From an uncultured Acidobacteriota bacterium (GTDB lineage Bacteria > Acidobacteriota > Blastocatellia > RBC074): 64,000 nt of DNA. Location of the stretch: the NCBI GenBank assembly GCA_963796275.1, contig CAWCKY010000003.1:1184001-1248000 (forward strand), written 5' to 3'. This document shows, one piece after another, positions 33,592 through 43,775 of this stretch; position 1 is the first letter of the stretch; the number at the start of each line of letters is the position of its first letter. Below the pieces are notes generated by a model, which saw only the letters and a program-made list of their open reading frames with translations, made no database searches and was not told the DNA's origin. The translations under genes and the position numbers were made by a program.

Positions 33592-33693
33592 GCTTGATCG
33601 CACTCCCGCGGTGTAAAACCGAAGATTCAAGCAACTCCTCTCTGTTTCCGCGGTGAACCGGATAAATTAACTGAGCTCTATGAGACCTAAGGG

Positions 33694-34887
33694 ATGAAGA
33701 AACGATTCCCCTTAATTTTTATCGCAATCTATCTTGGTTCATTTGCATCCTGGTCTCCTTCTATCGCGGATGCTCAAATCGCCGCGCCTGCCACCGTCAG
33801 GTGGATACAAGACCCCGATCAAACAGATAAAATTGTCGTTGAAGTCACCGGTTTGAACGAAATCGCGCTTCGGAGATTACAAAGCGCGAACTGGAAATTA
33901 CCCCATTGGCAGCGATTGCTCTCGATATACGCAGAACCGCAGGGAGAACGGAGTCAGAATAGTCTTCCTCCGATGTTAGGTGATTATCGCATTGAATCGG
34001 GATTACTGCGTTTTGTGCCACAGTTTCCGCTCGAGCCCGGTATAACTTATCGCGCCATCTTTCGGCCCGTTCGATTGCCAGGCGGAAGAAATTCACTAAC
34101 GGGGGAGGTCATATCCGTTTTTGAGCTCACCGCAAAACGAGATTATCCGACCACTACTGTGAAGGCTATTTATCCCAGCGCCGGTATTGTTCCGGAGAAC
34201 CTCCTGAAATTTTATCTCCATTTTTCTGAGGCCATGAGTCGCGGACGCATCTACGACCATATCCGGTTGCGGGACGAAGAAGGAAAACTGATAGAGCTGC
34301 CTTTTCTTGAGATCGATGAAGAGCTGTGGGATCCGACGATGACGAGACTCACTCTATTCTTCGATCCCGGACGTATCAAACGTGGTGTCCGTCCGCTCGA
34401 AGAAGTAGGTCCGGCGCTGGAGACCGGAAAAAGTTATACCTTGGTGGTAGGAAGTGGATTGCAGGATGGAGCGGGGAAGCCGCTCAAAGCGGGCTTTAAG
34501 AAGGAATTCAAGGTGGGGCTGCCGGACCGTGAACCGCCCGATCCGTCTACCTGGAAGATTCAAACGCCGCTCCTTGATGCGCTCGAACCGCTCGCGGTCG
34601 ATTTAATGGAACCAATTGATCATGCCCTCGCGCTGCGCCTCATCACCGTCATTGGTGAGTCGGGCGAGAGGATCGATGGAAAGGCGACATTGGCTGACGA
34701 GGAACGACGTTGGATATTCACTCCCGTTATCCCCTGGCGACGCGGATCATATAAACTTGTCATCCAAACCAACCTGGAAGATTTGGCGGGAAACAACATT
34801 GGTAAGCCATTTGACGTGGATTTGTTTGAAGGAGTCCAGCGAAGACTCACTTCATCAACGGTGGAACGCTCATTTGAAGTCCGCTAG
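33694..34887 (+). CDS. Secreted hypothetical protein with repeated Ig-like (Big_5-like) segments
   Basis: Signal peptide and three segments of the type F.P..PL..G..Y.L.V...L.D.AG; also ENLLKFYLHFS and DPGRIKRG. Confidence 0.75.
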   Translation: MKKRFPLIFIAIYLGSFASWSPSIADAQIAAPATVRWIQDPDQTDKIVVEVTGLNEIALRRLQSANWKLPHWQRLLSIYAEPQGERSQNSLPPMLGDYRIESGLLRFVPQFPLEPGITYRAIFRPVRLPGGRNSLTGEVISVFELTAKRDYPTTTVKAIYPSAGIVPENLLKFYLHFSEAMSRGRIYDHIRLRDEEGKLIELPFLEIDEELWDPTMTRLTLFFDPGRIKRGVRPLEEVGPALETGKSYTLVVGSGLQDGAGKPLKAGFKKEFKVGLPDREPPDPSTWKIQTPLLDALEPLAVDLMEPIDHALALRLITVIGESGERIDGKATLADEERRWIFTPVIPWRRGSYKLVIQTNLEDLAGNNIGKPFDVDLFEGVQRRLTSSTVERSFEVR

Positions 34888-35217
34888 AGGGCGTTATCTG
34901 AAAATTTCATGAACTGCTGAAAAGGTGCAAGATGACATTAATAAATGGTTCGAACACTACTCCAATTACTTGTATACACAATTTCAGTGTCTCGCACCCC
35001 TCACGAGGATATCTCATTTACCCCCCTCGATGATTTGACTTGTAGCCTCGAAGTACGGAGAATCTAGGCGTAACTTTTAATACTCCAACAGCGTTTATAG
35101 TTCATGCGGAGGATGGCTGTCAGAGCAATCGGCTTCCGAGTGCCAACATCAGATTCTTCATCCTCTTTCTGTATCATATTATCGATCGCACGCCCTATTA
35201 AAGGGATGAAAGTGTCA

Positions 35218-37770
35218 ATGAGAAGAAATAATCTGCTCCGTATCCTCATTATTATTCTATTGCCGCTGGTTTGGTTTGCCATCGGTCCGCCCGCGCCTTT
35301 GGCCCAAAGACCTGAGAAATTAGGTGTGTTCGAAAAGTCGATTCAGCCCTTCTTCTCGGAGAGCTGTTACATGTGCCACAACTCGTCACTCAAATCGGGC
35401 GGACTGGATCTGGAGTTATTTAAAACTGCCGAATCTATCCTCGAAAGTAGAGAGACGTGGGAACACGTTCTGCAGAAGTTGCAAACGGGTGAAATGCCGC
35501 CGAAAGGAACCCCTCGTCCGGACGAAGCGGAATTGAAAGCGGCCATCCGGTGGCTCGAAAACCAATTCGCTCGCGCTGACCGGCTCGCCAAACCCGACCC
35601 GGGGCGCGTCACCGCGAGGCGATTGAACCGCGCTGAATATAACAACACGGTGCATGATTTACTCGGCGTGGATATGCATCCAGCTGATGATTTCCCGCAG
35701 GACGATTCCGGCTACGGGTTCGATAATATTGGCGATGTGCTCTCGCTCTCGCCGGTGCTGATGGAGAAATATCTGGCAGCCGCCGAAAAAGTCGCGCGCG
35801 CTGCCCTCTTCGGCCAGGAGCAATTGAAACCCACGCTGGTGCAATACCGGCTGCCGGGCCGTAGAATTACGCCGACCCGAACGCCGCCGGCGGATTACGA
35901 TCTCACGGGGCTGACGCTTCCCAATTCCTTTCATGTGACACATCGATTCCCGGTTGATGGCGAGTATGTTGTACGCATATTTACCGGAGGAATCCGCCCG
36001 GCGGGATCGGAACCGATTGATATCGGGTTATGGATGGATGGACAGCTGGTTAAGGAAGCACAGCTCGATCCGGATAAAACGGCATCGTTCGATGATAACA
36101 ATCAGGAATTCGGGGGCAAGGTTCAAGAGCTTCGCACCAAGATTACAGCGGGTGATCATCTGGTGACGACTTCGATCTTGCGCCTGTACGAAGGATTACC
36201 TGCCAGATATAACGGCCCGAACCCGTCTAAAAGGACTCCGCCGCCGCCCCCGGTTTTCAAGATGCGGCCCAACATACCGCCCGAGCGAGCCGCGGAGTTC
36301 AAAAAGCGATTCGAAGCGCGCAGAGCTGAAGCGCAAAAGATTCCGATCAACGAAGCCAGAGTCAGTTACATCGAGATTGGTGGCCCATACAATCAGGCCA
36401 AGGGGCCATCACAAGAGAGCCTGAAAAAAATCTATGTGTGCGGCCATCTAGACGGAAAGCATCAAACGGGGTGCGAGCGAAAAATCATAGCCAATATGGC
36501 GCGCCGGGCCTTCCGCCGCCCGGTCGCGGCGGAAGAGATCGAAAAGCTGCTGGAGCTGGTCGCTCTCGCCGAGCAGCGCGGCGATTCATTCGAAGAGGGG
36601 CTCTGCATCTCGCTGCAGGCCATGATGGTCTCTCCCGACTTCCTCTTCCGCATCGAGCGTGATCGTCCCGCATCGAAGGGGGCGAGCGCCCAAGCTGTAA
36701 AAGTCAATTTTGACGGCATCGATGGCACGCGACCGATCAGCGACCATGAACTTGCCTCGCGCCTGTCGTATTTCATCTGGAGCAGTATGCCGGACGATGC
36801 CTTGATGCGCCTTGCGGATCGAGGCCTCCTGCGCCAGCCGGCCGTGCTCGCGGCGCAGGTTCGGCGCATGCTGAAAGATTCGAAGGCGCGCGCGCTGGTG
36901 GAGAATTTCGGCGGGCAATGGCTGGAATTGCGCAAACTCGAATCGGTCAAACCCGACCGTCAGCGCTTCCCGGATTTCGATGAGTATCTGCGCACGTCGA
37001 TGCGCCGCGAGACCGAGATGTTCATCGAGGCAATTGTGCGCGATGATCGAAGCATCCTCGACTTTATCGATGGGAAATATTCGTACCTCAACGAGCGGAT
37101 GGCCCAGTTCTACAAGGTACCCGGAGTGAACGGGCCAGAGTTTCGCAAAGTGCTCCTGTCAGGAAACGCGCAACGGAGCGGAATATTGACACAGGCCAGT
37201 GTTCTGACGGTCTCTTCTTATACGACGCGCACCTCGCCGGTGCTGCGGGGCAAATGGATTCTGGAGAACATACTAAATGCGCCGCCTCCGCCTCCTCCTC
37301 CGGGGGTACCCAATCTGGACGAGGCCAAAATCGGTTCATCGGCTACGTTGCGCCAGCAGCTGGAAGAACATCGCAATAATGCGACGTGCGCTTCCTGCCA
37401 CGCGCGCATGGATCCTTTGGGTTTCGGACTGGAGAACTTTGATGCCATCGGGGCATGGCGCACGCAGGATGGGAAGTTTCCGGTCGATACTTCGGGAAAG
37501 CTACCGGACGGCCGGTCGTTTCAGGGGCCGGAGCAGTTGAAGGCGATCCTGAGAGCCGATCGTGATGCATTCGCCGAGTGTTTGACTGAGAAGCTGTTGA
37601 CGTATGGATTGGGGCGCGGGCTTGAGCGTTACGACAAACCGGTAGTGAAGCGAATCGCCAGAAACGTCGCAGCCAACAATTATCGCTTCTCCAGCCTCGT
37701 GCTGGATATCGTCAAGAGCATGCCGTTTCAAATGAGGAGAAATTTTCAAGTCGCTCGTGAGATGCGATGA
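35218..37770 (+). CDS. DUF1592/DUF1588/DUF1587/DUF1595/DUF1585 planctomycete-type cytochrome c protein
   Basis: Signal peptide, haem motifs CYMCH and CASCH, RRLNRAEYNNTV, ELASRLSYFIWSSMPD, TSPVLRGKWIL and DPLGFGLENFDAIG. Start 35206 or 35218 is more likely than 35104. Confidence 0.9.
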   Translation: MRRNNLLRILIIILLPLVWFAIGPPAPLAQRPEKLGVFEKSIQPFFSESCYMCHNSSLKSGGLDLELFKTAESILESRETWEHVLQKLQTGEMPPKGTPRPDEAELKAAIRWLENQFARADRLAKPDPGRVTARRLNRAEYNNTVHDLLGVDMHPADDFPQDDSGYGFDNIGDVLSLSPVLMEKYLAAAEKVARAALFGQEQLKPTLVQYRLPGRRITPTRTPPADYDLTGLTLPNSFHVTHRFPVDGEYVVRIFTGGIRPAGSEPIDIGLWMDGQLVKEAQLDPDKTASFDDNNQEFGGKVQELRTKITAGDHLVTTSILRLYEGLPARYNGPNPSKRTPPPPPVFKMRPNIPPERAAEFKKRFEARRAEAQKIPINEARVSYIEIGGPYNQAKGPSQESLKKIYVCGHLDGKHQTGCERKIIANMARRAFRRPVAAEEIEKLLELVALAEQRGDSFEEGLCISLQAMMVSPDFLFRIERDRPASKGASAQAVKVNFDGIDGTRPISDHELASRLSYFIWSSMPDDALMRLADRGLLRQPAVLAAQVRRMLKDSKARALVENFGGQWLELRKLESVKPDRQRFPDFDEYLRTSMRRETEMFIEAIVRDDRSILDFIDGKYSYLNERMAQFYKVPGVNGPEFRKVLLSGNAQRSGILTQASVLTVSSYTTRTSPVLRGKWILENILNAPPPPPPPGVPNLDEAKIGSSATLRQQLEEHRNNATCASCHARMDPLGFGLENFDAIGAWRTQDGKFPVDTSGKLPDGRSFQGPEQLKAILRADRDAFAECLTEKLLTYGLGRGLERYDKPVVKRIARNVAANNYRFSSLVLDIVKSMPFQMRRNFQVAREMR

Positions 37771-37796
37771 GGAGATGAAGAGATGAGAAGATGAAA

Positions 37797-37848
37797 GGTT
37801 TCAGTTATAAGCGATCAGAAACGAAAACTGAAAACTATTTTCTGAGGA
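37797..37848. repeat. AGTTTTC/GAAAACT-family element ending in AACTATTTTCTGAGGA
   Basis: GTTTCAGTT ... ACGAAAACTGAAAACTATTTTCTGAGGA; the last 16 bp are identical to 42218-42233. Confidence 0.7.
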
Positions 37849-37862
37849 CACCGAGGGGAAAA

Positions 37863-39227
37863 ATGATTATCACACGCAACCATCTGCCGAGACGAACGTT
37901 TCTCAAGGGAATGGGAATAACCATTGCGCTGCCTGCGCTCGATGCTATGACGCCCGCATTGGCCGGGAGAGCGAATGGTAAGGCGCCTCTTCGCCTCTCC
38001 TTCGTATACGTGCCCAATGGCATCGTGATGAATGAATGGAAGCCACAGGGTACTGGCAAAGATTTTGAGCTGACGCGCATCTTGAAGCCCCTGGGTGCAT
38101 TCCGCGAAGATATTTTCGTTCTCTCCGGGTTGGATGATCATAACGGAAATGCCCTGGGCGATGGTGCGGGCGACCATGCCCGCGCAGGAGCCGCTTACCT
38201 GACCGGCGTCCACTGTAAGAAGACGGCCGGCGCCGATATTCATAACGGAATCTCGACCGATCAGATCGCAGCCCAACAACTCGCTTCATTGACTCGCCTG
38301 CCTTCGATAGAGCTGGGCTGCGAAGACTCGCGCACGGTAGGCAATTGCGATTCGGGGTATAGTTGCGCATATACCAACAGCATCTCCTGGCGAGGTCCGA
38401 CTACACCGATGCCGCCCGAGGTCAATCCGCGGATGGCATTCGAACGGATGTTCGGAACAGTCGATCTGAGTCTGGACCCTGCGACGCGCACGCGCCGCGC
38501 CGAATACCGTAAGAGTATTCTGGATTTCGTCGGCGAACGGACTGAAAAACTTGTCGGAACGCTGGGTCCGTCGGATCGCCGCAAGATCGATGAGTACCTT
38601 TCCGCGATCCGGGAGATAGAACAGCGGATTGATAAGGCGGAGAAGGAGACTCGCGAAGTGTTGCCCGCGATCGATAAACCCGCCGGAATCCCTCTCGATT
38701 TTCGCGAATATGCGAAGCTTATGTTCGATCTCCAAGTGGTGGCGTTCCAGGCCGATATTACGCGCATCTCGACTTTGATGATCGGACGCGAAGGGAGCAT
38801 GCGGGTCTATCCTGAGATCGGCATTCCGGATCCGCATCATCCGTTAACGCATCATCGCAACAATCAGGATTGGATCGAGAAGATCATCCAGATCAATTGC
38901 CTGCACACCGAGCTATTCGCGTATTTCCTGGGCAAGCTCAAGTCAACGCCGGATGGTGATGGGACGCTGCTCGATCGTTCGATGATCGTTTATGGGAGCG
39001 GCTTGAGTGACGGCAACCGCCATCAGCACGAAGACTTGCCGATACTGCTCGCCGGGCGAGGCGACAATTCGGGCGGCGCGTCGAAATTCAAGACTGGGCG
39101 GCACATCGTATATCCGAAAGGGACGCCGATGACGAATCTCTACTTGACGCTCCTTGATCGCATGGGCGTATGCCCGGAGAAGATCGGCGACAGCACCGGA
39201 AAGGTCGAGCATCTAACCGAGTTGTAG
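37863..39227 (+). CDS. DUF1552 family protein (Tat-like leader)
   Basis: LPRRTFLKG, FVYVPNG, CDSGYSCAY and HHPLTHH. Canonical partner of DUF1592. Confidence 0.9.
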   Translation: MIITRNHLPRRTFLKGMGITIALPALDAMTPALAGRANGKAPLRLSFVYVPNGIVMNEWKPQGTGKDFELTRILKPLGAFREDIFVLSGLDDHNGNALGDGAGDHARAGAAYLTGVHCKKTAGADIHNGISTDQIAAQQLASLTRLPSIELGCEDSRTVGNCDSGYSCAYTNSISWRGPTTPMPPEVNPRMAFERMFGTVDLSLDPATRTRRAEYRKSILDFVGERTEKLVGTLGPSDRRKIDEYLSAIREIEQRIDKAEKETREVLPAIDKPAGIPLDFREYAKLMFDLQVVAFQADITRISTLMIGREGSMRVYPEIGIPDPHHPLTHHRNNQDWIEKIIQINCLHTELFAYFLGKLKSTPDGDGTLLDRSMIVYGSGLSDGNRHQHEDLPILLAGRGDNSGGASKFKTGRHIVYPKGTPMTNLYLTLLDRMGVCPEKIGDSTGKVEHLTEL

Positions 39228-39361
39228 CTCGATTCGGAGTCGTTCAGCGGTCACGGACGACGGCCTGAATCAATAAAATGCGGGGCTGAAGACCGCGGAG
39301 AACGACAAGTATCTCCCGTCTCCGGCCTCACCGTCTCCATCTCAATTTTTCGAGGAGGCAT

Positions 39362-40018
39362 ATGATCACACCAGACCTGCCACTTAAACGTCGCTCTTTC
39401 CTACGCAATATGTCAGCTGGGGCCGCGTTTTTCACTATCCCCGGCATCTTCGCTGAAGAACTGATACAGACGCCGCGCCAGACCGAAGGGCCTTTCTATC
39501 CCGACAAACTTCCGCTCGATACGGACAACGATCTGCTGGTCATCAACGACACCATCACTCCGGCAGTAGGAGAGATCACATGGGTAAGCGGGCGAATTCT
39601 GGACGCGCGCGGCGAGCCGATCAAAAACGCCGTCGTTGAAATCTGGCAATGTGATAAGAACGGAGCATACCTGCACAGTAAGACCGGTAACGCGGATAAA
39701 CGAGATCCCAACTTTCAGGGCTTTGGGCGATTCGTCACCGGTTCGAACGGCTCTTATTTATTTCGCACCATCAAACCGGTAGCTTATCCCGGTCGCGCAC
39801 CTCACATTCACTACATGATCAAGATGAAGGGTCGGGACAAGTTCACGACTCAATGCTACATCCAGGGCGATCCTGGTAACGAACGCGACGGAGTGCTCAA
39901 AGGAATCAAGGACACCAAGGCGAAAGATTCGGTCATTGTCCCCTTCGCTCCGATGAAGGACTCGCGCATCGGCGAGCTCGCGGCGCGGTTCGACATCGTA
40001 CTGGGGTTCAATGCCTGA
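39362..40018 (+). CDS. Intradiol ring-cleavage dioxygenase family protein with Tat-like leader
   Basis: KRRSFL, TEGPFYP, VEIWQCDKNGAY and FRTIKPVAYPGRAPHIH (Tyr/Tyr/His/His Fe ligands). Confidence 0.88.
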   Translation: MITPDLPLKRRSFLRNMSAGAAFFTIPGIFAEELIQTPRQTEGPFYPDKLPLDTDNDLLVINDTITPAVGEITWVSGRILDARGEPIKNAVVEIWQCDKNGAYLHSKTGNADKRDPNFQGFGRFVTGSNGSYLFRTIKPVAYPGRAPHIHYMIKMKGRDKFTTQCYIQGDPGNERDGVLKGIKDTKAKDSVIVPFAPMKDSRIGELAARFDIVLGFNA

Positions 40019-40371
40019 GTCAGTTCAGCAGCTCCCGGACAGAATAAAGCGAAATCTGAAGCAGAGGTAATCCATTTATCCCGATTCACCGGGCATTCCC
40101 GCCGGGTAGCTGAGACGTCCTCCTAGGATTGGTGAAATATCCGGCGCTCTACCCGCAGGCGCTCGAGCGCCCTTTTCATTTCGGCTTTTAGCCTGCTAAT
40201 GCTGCTGGGGCAGGCGCGAGGAAACGGTCTTGCATTACCTGCGCGCTACCAGGCGTTCAACGGCTAGCCTTCCAGGCTGAGCAGTTTTGCGATTTATGGC
40301 TTTTACCATTTGATTTCTACATTACGCCCCCCGTTACAGATTCATTTCAAGAAAGGAAAGAATAAAACCTC

Positions 40372-42135
40372 GTGCGACGATCCTCATCACTACTCTGGCT
40401 ACTCCTTTCGTTTTTATTGACCTCGAATGTGTTTGCTCAGGATGCGGAAACTTATCCCGACCATCCTGACTCAAAGCAGCAGACCGGCGTGCCGAAAGGC
40501 GAGGTGCTCAAATTCACCTTCGAGAACTCGAAGATATTTCCGGGCACCTGGCGTGAGTATTCGGTCTATATCCCGGCGCAATACACGCCCGATAAGCCGG
40601 CATGTGTTTATGTCAATCAGGACGGCGTTCAATGGCAGGCTCCGGTTGTCTTCGACAACCTGATCCACAAAAAAGAGATGCCCGTGACTATCGGGGTGTT
40701 CGTCATGCACGGAAGAGTGAGAGCCGCCCAGGCCGATGCCGCGCTCGACCGCTTCAACCGCAGCTACGAATACGACGGCCTCGGGGACAGCTACGTACGC
40801 TTCATTCTTGACGAGTTGCTGCCCGACGTCGAGACCAAGAAAGCATCGGATGGTCGGCCGATTCGCCTCTCGAAGAACGGCAACGACCGCGCTATCGGGG
40901 GGTCATCGAGCGGCGCAATCTGCGCGTTCACGGCAGCGTGGGAAAGGCCTGATGCGTTCAGCCGCGTCTTCAGCGCCATCGGCACATACGTCGGATTGCG
41001 AGGTGGCGACCGCTATCACACACTCATCCGTAAATACGAGCCCAAGCCGATTCGCATCTATTTACAGGATGGATCGAAAGATCTGAACATCTATGGCGGC
41101 GATTGGTGGATGTCCAATCAGACGATGGAGCGCGCGCTCTCCTTCGCCGGATACGAAGTGCAGCATATCTGGGGCGATGGCGCGCACAATGGCAGACATG
41201 GGACGGCGATCTTCCCCGAAGCCATGCGCTGGCTCTGGAAAGACTGGCCGCAGCCGGTTAAAGCGGGTCAATCAAAGAATGCCACGATCGCCGCGCTGCT
41301 CGTTCCCGGCGAAAGCTGGCAGCTCGTGAGCGAAGGATACCGGTTCACCGAAGGCTCGGCCGTCAATGCAAAAGGAGAGGTCTTCTTCAATGATGTGCCG
41401 AACAGCAAGACATACAAGGTCGGGCTCGACGGCAAGGTGAGCTTATTCTTGTCGGATACGAAGAGGGGCGACGGTCAGATATTCGGTCCCGACGGAAGGC
41501 TCTATTCAGTGGCCAGCGCCGAGGGAAAGATCATCGCTTACGACGCCGAAGGTAAGGCGTCAATAATTACCGATGGTATCAAGGGAAACGATCTCGTGGT
41601 CGCGAAGAACGGCAATATCTATCTCACAAATCCTGGCAGCGGCGGCGCAGATCCTAGCAAGATCTGGCTCATCAAGCCGAACGGAGAGAAGAAGGTCGTG
41701 GATACAGGGTTGCTCTTTTCGAATGGAATCACGCTCTCTCCCGACCAGACTTTGCTATACGTAGACGATATGCGTTCGCACTGGGTCTACAGTTATCAGA
41801 TACTGCCTGACGGTACGCTCCAGCATAAGCAGCGTTACTATTGGCTACACGTGCCGGATACCGCGGATGAATCGGGGGCCGATGGAATGCGCGTCGATCG
41901 CGACGGACGGCTTTACGTTGCGACTCGGATGGGCATTCAGGTCTGCGATCAGGCGGGCCGCGTAAATGCGATTATCCCAACCCCGAATGGTAAGATTTCG
42001 AACATCACATTCGGTGGAGAGAATTTCGACACGATCTTTGCGACCTGCGGCGACAAAGTCTACAAGCGCAAGCTCAATACCAAAGGCGCAAATGGCTGGG
42101 ATGCGCCGATCAAGCCTGCGGCGCCGAGGCTTTAG
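40372..42135 (+). CDS. Secreted fusion of an alpha/beta-hydrolase esterase and an SMP-30/gluconolactonase domain
   Basis: GGSSSGA nucleophile elbow and GAHNG His. C-domain FTEG, SNGITLSPD and ADGMRVD. Confidence 0.88.
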   Translation: MRRSSSLLWLLLSFLLTSNVFAQDAETYPDHPDSKQQTGVPKGEVLKFTFENSKIFPGTWREYSVYIPAQYTPDKPACVYVNQDGVQWQAPVVFDNLIHKKEMPVTIGVFVMHGRVRAAQADAALDRFNRSYEYDGLGDSYVRFILDELLPDVETKKASDGRPIRLSKNGNDRAIGGSSSGAICAFTAAWERPDAFSRVFSAIGTYVGLRGGDRYHTLIRKYEPKPIRIYLQDGSKDLNIYGGDWWMSNQTMERALSFAGYEVQHIWGDGAHNGRHGTAIFPEAMRWLWKDWPQPVKAGQSKNATIAALLVPGESWQLVSEGYRFTEGSAVNAKGEVFFNDVPNSKTYKVGLDGKVSLFLSDTKRGDGQIFGPDGRLYSVASAEGKIIAYDAEGKASIITDGIKGNDLVVAKNGNIYLTNPGSGGADPSKIWLIKPNGEKKVVDTGLLFSNGITLSPDQTLLYVDDMRSHWVYSYQILPDGTLQHKQRYYWLHVPDTADESGADGMRVDRDGRLYVATRMGIQVCDQAGRVNAIIPTPNGKISNITFGGENFDTIFATCGDKVYKRKLNTKGANGWDAPIKPAAPRL

Positions 42136-42141
42136 GGCTGA

Positions 42142-42233
42142 TAGTTTCCAGTTTCCAGTTTTCAGTTTTCAGTTGTGCGGTCTCGATCGGCAACAGAAAA
42201 CTGAAAACTGAAGTCTGAACTATTTTCTGAGGA
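42142..42233. repeat. Heptamer-based (AGTTTTC / GAAAACT) inverted repeat element
   Basis: TAGTTTCCAGTTTCCAGTTTTCAGTTTTCAGTTG ... CAACAGAAAACTGAAAACTGAAGTCTGAACTA; same family as 10974-11060. Confidence 0.85.
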
Positions 42234-42241
42234 GATACAAA

Positions 42242-43750
42242 ATGAAAAATATATTTCGATCCATTTGTGTAGTGGCCATTGTTGTCATCACATCCTCGAT
42301 TCTTCGCGCCGATGTGAAGTTGCCAGCCATCATCTCCGACGGCATGGTTCTGCAGCAGGGAATAAATCTGCCGTTATGGGGATGGGCGGATGAAGGTGAA
42401 GCGGTCACGGTCGAATTTCTGGATCAGAAGGTCATGGCGACCGCCAAGGATGGCCGATGGACAGTGCGGCTCAAACCGCTCAAAGCCGGCGGCCCATTCA
42501 CGCTGACGATCAGCGGCAAGAACAAGCTCGAACTCAAGAACGTGTTGGTTGGCGAGGTTTGGATATGCAGCGGCCAGTCAAATATGCAATGGACACTGAA
42601 AAACACCACCGATGGCGATGCCGAGATCGCCAAAGCGAACTATCCGATGATTCGCCTCTTCACGGTCCCGCGCCTCGAGACAGAAACGCCTGTCAGCGAT
42701 GTCAAGTCGAAGTGGAATGAAACCAACCCGGAGACAGTCGCAGGCTTCTCCGCCGTCGGCTACTTTTTCGGGCGCGACCTGCAGAAAGCGCGCAACGTCC
42801 CTATCGGTTTGATCAATAATGCCGTCGGCGGTTCGCCCGCTGAGTCTTGGACGAAAGCTGGCCTGCTTAAAGCCAATGTTGAATATAAGAAATTCTTTGA
42901 TATTTACTTGCAAGGAATGGAGCGATACCAGAAGGCGTTGGAGCAACACAAAGAAGCGGTCGAAAAGGCCAAGGCCGATGGCAAACCGGCACCGCGCGCG
43001 CCGGGCAAGCCGTGGATGCCTGCGGGATTGTACAACGGGATGCTCGTGCCGATTATACCGTTCGCCATTCGCGGAGCTATCTGGTATCAGGGCGAATCGA
43101 ACGCAGGACGCGCATATCAGTACCGCGAATTATTTCCCGATATGATTCGCAACTGGCGTGCGGATTGGGGGCAGGGCGATTTCCCCTTCCTTCTGGTTCA
43201 ACTCGCAGCCTTCGGCCCCAACTCGCCGAATCTCGGGGAGAGCGACTGGGCGGAGCTGCGCGAGGCGCAGTCGATGACTCTCACTTCCGTGCCGAAAACA
43301 GGCATGGCGGTCGCGATCGATGTGGGGGATATCAACGATATTCACCCGAGAAACAAACAGCCAGTCGGTTCTCGGTTGGCGCTCTCGGCGCGCGCCGTCG
43401 CTTATGGCGAGAAGATCGTTCACTCCGGCCCGGTCTACCAGTCGGTGAAGATAGACGGGAACAAAGCCATCCTCAATTTCGCACATACAGCTGGCGGGCT
43501 CGAAGCGCGCGGAGGAGCACTGAAAGGGTTCATCGTCGCGGGCGAAGACAAGGTCTGGCACGAGGCGAAAGCCGAAATTAAAGGTAAGAATATCGAGGTG
43601 GTAAGTGACAAAGTCGCCAAACCGGTGGCCGTGCGTTACGGATGGGCGAAGTATCCCGACTGCAACCTCTACAATAAGGAAGGGCTGCCCGCTTCGCCGT
43701 TCCGAACGGATAAATGGCCCGGAGTAACAGTGCCGAAACCACAGCCCTGA
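42242..43750 (+). CDS. Sialate O-acetylesterase (SASA, SGNH) family carbohydrate esterase
   Basis: [27 protein letters not shown] and PASPFRTD. Confidence 0.92.
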   Translation: MKNIFRSICVVAIVVITSSILRADVKLPAIISDGMVLQQGINLPLWGWADEGEAVTVEFLDQKVMATAKDGRWTVRLKPLKAGGPFTLTISGKNKLELKNVLVGEVWICSGQSNMQWTLKNTTDGDAEIAKANYPMIRLFTVPRLETETPVSDVKSKWNETNPETVAGFSAVGYFFGRDLQKARNVPIGLINNAVGGSPAESWTKAGLLKANVEYKKFFDIYLQGMERYQKALEQHKEAVEKAKADGKPAPRAPGKPWMPAGLYNGMLVPIIPFAIRGAIWYQGESNAGRAYQYRELFPDMIRNWRADWGQGDFPFLLVQLAAFGPNSPNLGESDWAELREAQSMTLTSVPKTGMAVAIDVGDINDIHPRNKQPVGSRLALSARAVAYGEKIVHSGPVYQSVKIDGNKAILNFAHTAGGLEARGGALKGFIVAGEDKVWHEAKAEIKGKNIEVVSDKVAKPVAVRYGWAKYPDCNLYNKEGLPASPFRTDKWPGVTVPKPQP

Positions 43751-43775
43751 GAATTTTCACCAGAACACTAAAAAT

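Noticed and set aside
40090-40285. Possible riboswitch or ncRNA upstream of the esterase-lactonase gene
   Set aside because: GC-rich with partial inverted repeats (AGCCTG...CAGGCT) resembling a decayed REP-like element. No known riboswitch consensus was recognised; an Rfam/Infernal search would be needed.
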